64,000 nt of DNA, taken from NCBI RefSeq assembly GCF_009914755.1, contig NC_060925.1. The stretch is one strand, 5' to 3'. Positions 56,821 to 64,000 of this stretch are shown here, in pieces. Positions within the stretch are counted from its first letter, which is position 1. Each line of letters begins with the position of its first letter. Below the pieces are notes generated by a model. The model was not told the origin of the DNA, ran no database searches, and was given only the letters and a program-made list of their open reading frames with translations. A program made the translations under genes and the position numbers. This DNA is from the human T2T-CHM13v2.0 reference genome, Homo sapiens.

Positions 56821-58256
56821 GACTAAGTGCCTATGCAGACACCAGTGTGCAAATTCAGTTGGCTACGTATGCAGAGAAATAATGGCTGAGAACATTTAGT
56901 GCTTCCTCCCTTGAAGTTCCTGATTCTGAGGTTGGCTCTGAGCTCAGGAAACTTTGCACTCCTTGTATTTAAAGTGTGAAATATTACCTTTAAAGGTATT
57001 TTTCTCCTTCAGTATGAAACCTATAGATGAATTTCATCCGATGTTTGCATCAGTGTCTTGGCATAGACCCAATTTGTTTTCCTTTGTTGTCCTTTTTATG
57101 AGGGTAAAGTTGCTAGTTATTTTAAATATTTTTTGTAAGCTTTATCTTCAATTCTTTAATGATCTTTGTTGCTTTTTAAAGAACTCTTTCAACTTTCTTT
57201 TCTATAGTAGCACAAGAATCCAAGCTATAGTCTTTCCAAGGCTTCTCTCCTCCTGGGGCAGAGCAGTGTCAGGGTTTGGATTAGAAATCAAATCCAGGGA
57301 TTTATCTACAAAATTACAGATGAGCATAAATATGTCATACATATCAGAATCAATAACCCTGCTAATAGCAATGAGTGTTTCATCTATTATAATTCTTCAG
57401 TCTCCCAATATTCCAACAGGACTTAGTTTCCCACTACTTCGAAACTTACTTAATTTACTTCTAGTCATTTGAAAAAAAAAATTGATAATATTTTGTCTGA
57501 TATCTTTGAAGTTGAAAAGGCTTCTTGCCAGTTTACTTATTAGCCCAAGTCAGTGGTCCCTTGCAGCAGAGATTAATCCCAGCTTTGCGGACTCTAAATT
57601 TTATACAATTTAGGAAGCGCTCAGTGAAAAAGACCACAAAAATCTCTTTCTTTTGCACATTTTACAAAAACATTAGACCTGGAGCATACACATTGCTTGA
57701 GTCCCTCAAAAAGCCATGGGATTTTCTGTGCAAGTAAAGGCTGCTGAAGCTGAAGCTCATTAGTTTCAGGTAAATCTGCTTCCGATTTGCAGTTCTGCTA
57801 AGGTATTTCTTGTGTAGAATATCATTTGGGCTAGGAGGAGGTAGAAATAAAGATAGAAATCTACACAGATGATGATATTTTAAAATTTGGTAAAATAGGA
57901 TTTAAGTCTATACTACCCAAACTGACTGAAAATAAATATTAACCCCAGACATCTGTAGTGAGTTTTTCTTTCTAAAAATAATTTCTCATTGACCCAGGGA
58001 CTATCAAGAAAGTCATGCCTGGAGACTAAAGAAGTAATTTTTCTCTGAGCTAAGTTCAGCATTTATAGCCTCATTAGACACTCTGTGGTTATTCAGTCTT
58101 AAGCATTCCACCTTCTCCTAAGCTCACCTAGACTAGCTGATACCAGGCATAGTCCCATTAGTTCAATTTCACTCTCCTTACCCTAAGAAATTTTTAATAT
58201 GTATATCAAACAAATTTAAATGGAAAATGCTGTAAGTTCTCTTTTAGTTCTGATGA

Positions 58257-59718
<1,462 letters not shown>

Positions 59719-62255
59719 TCACTCACTGTTCCTGCATAATAACTTTTAATCAAAAATCTGTTCCAACCCCCCAGCCCCATCCCCCCCACCAAATATATAC
59801 ACAAACCTGATTTAGAGCTGGTTTAAGTGGCTGGCTTTTGCTCTGTGTCAATGTGCCACGCCTGTGTATGTACCTGAGCAGTTAGGATGCATAGCAGAGT
59901 TTCAGTTTATATGTGCAGGCTCTCAGGTAAAAGGGAGAATTCTGGAAGAATCTGCAGGGAATACTAGAAACGTGTTGGCAATACTTTATAAGAGAGAGTA
60001 AAAATGAATTTATCTTTTGAAATGGGAGCAAAGCTACCTATTTTTCCAGATATATACGTCCTTTTACAAGTCGTCCTTTTTAGAGCAATTGACTTCTTTG
60101 GTTTGAAATTATTTACCCAGATGGCTGCCTAACGAGAATTTGAGATTAGGTCAAATCATTTGTAGGACTATTTTGATTAATGTTCTTTGATTTCTAAATC
60201 AAATGTACCAGACCAAACACTTTCAAAGAGAGGAATTAATATCCACAAAATATTATTTCATATGCTTTTGCTCTAGGTTTTTCCACAGCTTTCAGCCCTG
60301 TCTCATTTCACCTTAGGAGGTAGAGAAAAATAACTAACACATCAATAATTAGTTTAGACCTGAAAACACTCTGCTGCACAGCTGTAATGTTTCACAATGG
60401 TTTCTGAGCTAAGAGGTGTTTATGTAGCATCAACTTTATCGAAACAAAACCCTAGGTAAAAACACATTGAAATGGCACTTAAAACAACAACAGTGCCCAA
60501 AATCTGTTGTTTCATTACACTTGAGTATAAGGCAAATCTGGAAGTTAAATTGTCCCATATTGAGAATAACTGAATAAATGTTTACATAATTGCTCCCACT
60601 TTTGCTGAATCTTTTGGTTTGATCAGGTTTAGAGCAGAGAGGTAAAAAATACATTTATTAAAAGAGAGCTTTTGAGATTGAATGCTCTAATTAACTGCTA
60701 ATTACTTCTCTAACTAGGCTATTTTAGATTAAAAACCTAATTGTCTCAATTCTAGTGGATTTTGAGGTTGTGATGAAGAGCAGAGCCGATATTCAGTGGG
60801 ACCACAGGATCAAGCACTGCCTGTGTTACTCAGTATTTCTCTGCTCAGAGACAGAACCAATTATAATATTTAGCAGATTTTTTTTATTGGAAAGTCTTAA
60901 AAATTGATCAGTTTTAAAATAGATGCACACAAACTACCTTGAGCTTTACTTTCTGATGAAAACAATCTATACTATATGATAAAGAACAGATAGATATGGA
61001 ATGCTGGTTCAAGCTGACAAAATATGCACTTTTGTTGTCTTAGATCTAGTGAGGAAATTGATTCATGTTTGGTATGACTATCTTCACAAGGAATTGCTTG
61101 TAAAGAGGTAGGGCCTAACTCATTTATATAAATCGAGGTAAAGGAATACCAGGAGTAAATCTAGGAAAATTAATTTTTCTGTTTTTAGGTGCTTCTAATA
61201 CTGGGAAACCCTATTGGTTTCAAAGGGAACTTCTAGGTGGGACCATTTTTAGAGAACTTGTATTCCAGCAAGCAATTTTTTATGGAGCAGAGGAAGCATT
61301 TTTAATTATTATATATTCTAACCATATTATATAGCAATCAGATAAATTTAAAGTTATAGTCTGTTGATTAATAAATTCATGGTGGGTTGGCTATAATAGC
61401 AATTTTGCTTCAGTATCTAAGACAAAATTTGAATGATTTGAGAATGCATGATTTACCTCATAATGTGACACCCTTTTAATCAAAACACCCGAAGGCCAAA
61501 TAATTAGATCTTGTATAAAACTTGGAAAGAAAACACCGTTGTATACCCCTACCCACCATTGAAATCTGTTTTTAGTTAATAAGGAAGTGGGAGTAAAATA
61601 TTTGAGTGAGCCTATATATAGGCTCTCATGTATTAAAAGAAAAGCTATTTACAACTGATTTGTTGCTAAATAAAATCTTGGATGAACACTTTTAATTACT
61701 AAAAAGGTAAGGTTACAATAAACACAGGAAATATAAATGAATAAAGTGTGCACAGAGTCATGCTGCTTTCAGGACTATAAATAGCACCTCCATCTCTGCT
61801 ACTATTATTAGCAAGTATGAACAAAAGAAGATGTCCAGAAATAGAAAGGGGAAGAGCATCTCCATGAGCCTTGTATTCCATGGCATAGGAAATGTTTCTA
61901 GCAAGCCCGTGAATTTAGAGGGTTAACTGATTTTTAGAAAGGACATTTCCATGCTGTCAATTTGCCAAGGAAATTCTTTTACCAGCATGTTTGTAAAATT
62001 GGCAGGCTGATGTTTCCTCTAGGTGACACAAGATGTGATGAAGAATTTTATCTTTACTTCCTTACGAAAATCAGCGTTGATTGCTTGCCTTTTTGTTAAC
62101 TTATTTGGTTACTATTAGTTTGCATCTACAGAGGATCAGTTAACATAGTTGAAACTGGAAGAACTAGTGCATCGTGAACAGCCCTGAACCAAAAGTCAGG
62201 TTTCAGTTTCACCTGAGCCACTAATGTGCTCTATGACTTTGGTCAAAGCATTTAC

Positions 62256-62348
62256 ATACATATATATATATATATATATATTCCCCTTTATATATATATA
62301 TATATATTCCCCTTTATATATATATATATTCCCCTTTATATATATATA
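62256..62348. repeat. Compound (TA)n-TTCCCCTT repeat, three units
   Basis: Four TA runs separated by three identical TTCCCCTT spacers. Confidence 0.95.
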
Positions 62349-62358
62349 CGCACACATA

Positions 62359-62672
62359 CTGCTGTCCCTTGATATCTGTGGGGGATTGGTTTCAGGACCT
62401 TCCACAGATATTAACATCTGAGAATGTTCAAGTCTCTGGTATAAAAATGGCACAGTATTTACATATAACCTCCCATGTACTTTAAATCATCTTAAAATTA
62501 TAATACCTAAGAGAGTATAAGTAGTTGTTACACTGTATTGTTTAGGGAATAATGACAAAAAAGTCTGTACATGTTTAGTACAGACACAATTTGTTTTCCC
62601 CAAATACTTTTGATCCATGGTTGAATCCACGGATGTAGAAGATACAGAATCACAGATACGTAGGCCCCACTG
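62359..62672 (+). mobile_element. MER2 (TcMar-Tigger) inserted into a MIR
   Basis: gtcccttgatatctgtgggggattggtttcaggacc...aaagtctgtacatgtttagtacagacacaa...ggttgaatccacggatg; preceded by TA; MIR halves at ~62195-62255 and ~62715-62740. Confidence 0.88.
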
Positions 62673-63290
62673 AAACACACACACACACACCACACACACA
62701 CACATATGCACACACATCTTCTCTGAGCCACAGTTTCTTGATTAATTAATATAGCAAACATATATGGAGCGCCTCAATATGCCAGGCACATTGCTAAGCA
62801 GCAGGGATACGAAGTCGGTTAAGATACCCAGTCCTTGCTTACTAGCCTCGCACTGCTGGGAGACAGACTTTTGAACCTGTAATTAGAATGGGCAATGGGT
62901 GTATAACAGAGACGATAGCTGTTATAAGAACACAGGGCAGAGCTTTTCTGTCTGTGGAGGGGGCACCAGGGAAAACTTTGCAGAGATGGTGCCATTTGAA
63001 TCAACTCAATCTTAAAGAATTCCTCTTGAATTTTTCTTCAAGACTGATTTGGATGAAAATGGCTATACTTGGTCCTCGTGAGGAATCAATGACATAATAA
63101 AAGTATGCTAAAAAGCATAAAAAACAATATAAATAGTCTATTAGTAATGAAATGATTCATGGGCATGAATATTACAGATCTAGTTCTAATTTTTGATTGC
63201 CTGTTTATTAATGTTTTTTTCTTTTTGATAATGAATTATGAGTGCAGTTATTTGAGAACTGATTGTAAGACTGTAGTTAAAAGTGGGAGA

Positions 63291-63788
<498 letters not shown>

Positions 63789-64000
63789 TCACTATGGACT
63801 GGAATTAAAAAAAAAACTTCTCCAAATATGGATATATTTTCCCATAAGTAGTCATGATAGACTGAATGATTATTTTTTAAATAGTTACATTTTTAGGGGT
63901 TTACACGTGAAATTATGAAGATATGGAATTTAGTAATAATTCTTTTTAAAAACATGTATTACTTATTTATAAACTATATGTGTATTCTGGTGAAAGATTG

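Noticed and set aside
57408-57425. ATATTCCAACAGG match to 47400-47412
   Set aside because: Only 13 nt with no extension; expected by chance.
62256-62348. Repeat-spacer pattern superficially like a CRISPR array
   Set aside because: Human DNA; 8-nt repeats with (TA)n spacers; no cas genes.

Overview
Human (primate) genomic DNA containing the 5' half of NR5A2 (LRH-1/FTF/hB1F, nuclear receptor 5A2) on the + strand. It covers about 16.5 kb of Alu-dense upstream sequence, the exon 1 promoter, and coding exons 1-5 (16863-16926, 28673-28810, 32789-32907, 34458-34599, 37187-37833). These join into 1110 nt (370 codons) covering the N-terminus, both zinc fingers, the Ftz-F1 box, the hinge and the start of the ligand-binding domain. 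Several intronic CpG islands and the first 26 kb of intron 5 follow. Repeats include roughly 50 Alu/FLAM copies, two U6 retrocopies, an MLT1 LTR, an L1 3' fragment, L2/MIR fragments, MER2 and a hAT-Charlie element. I see no new protein-coding system; nearly all other ORFs are Alu-derived or GC-rich artefacts. The most unusual signal is a set of local template-switch scars readable in the sequence: a ~235 bp micro-inversion shown by an inverted Alu target-site duplication (9.5 kb), a 39 bp inverted copy of intron 1 inside a promoter-proximal Alu (15.7 kb), a mosaic of an inverted ~295 bp and a direct ~168 bp duplication joined by palindromes (46-51 kb), and a 20 bp echo of that segment inside a MIR (39.5 kb). 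Other leads are an out-of-frame uORF overlapping the start codon, an internal ancestral-type start codon and promoter, and a candidate 10-nt stop-restart microexon. Repeat boundaries and subfamily names were assigned by eye and are approximate.
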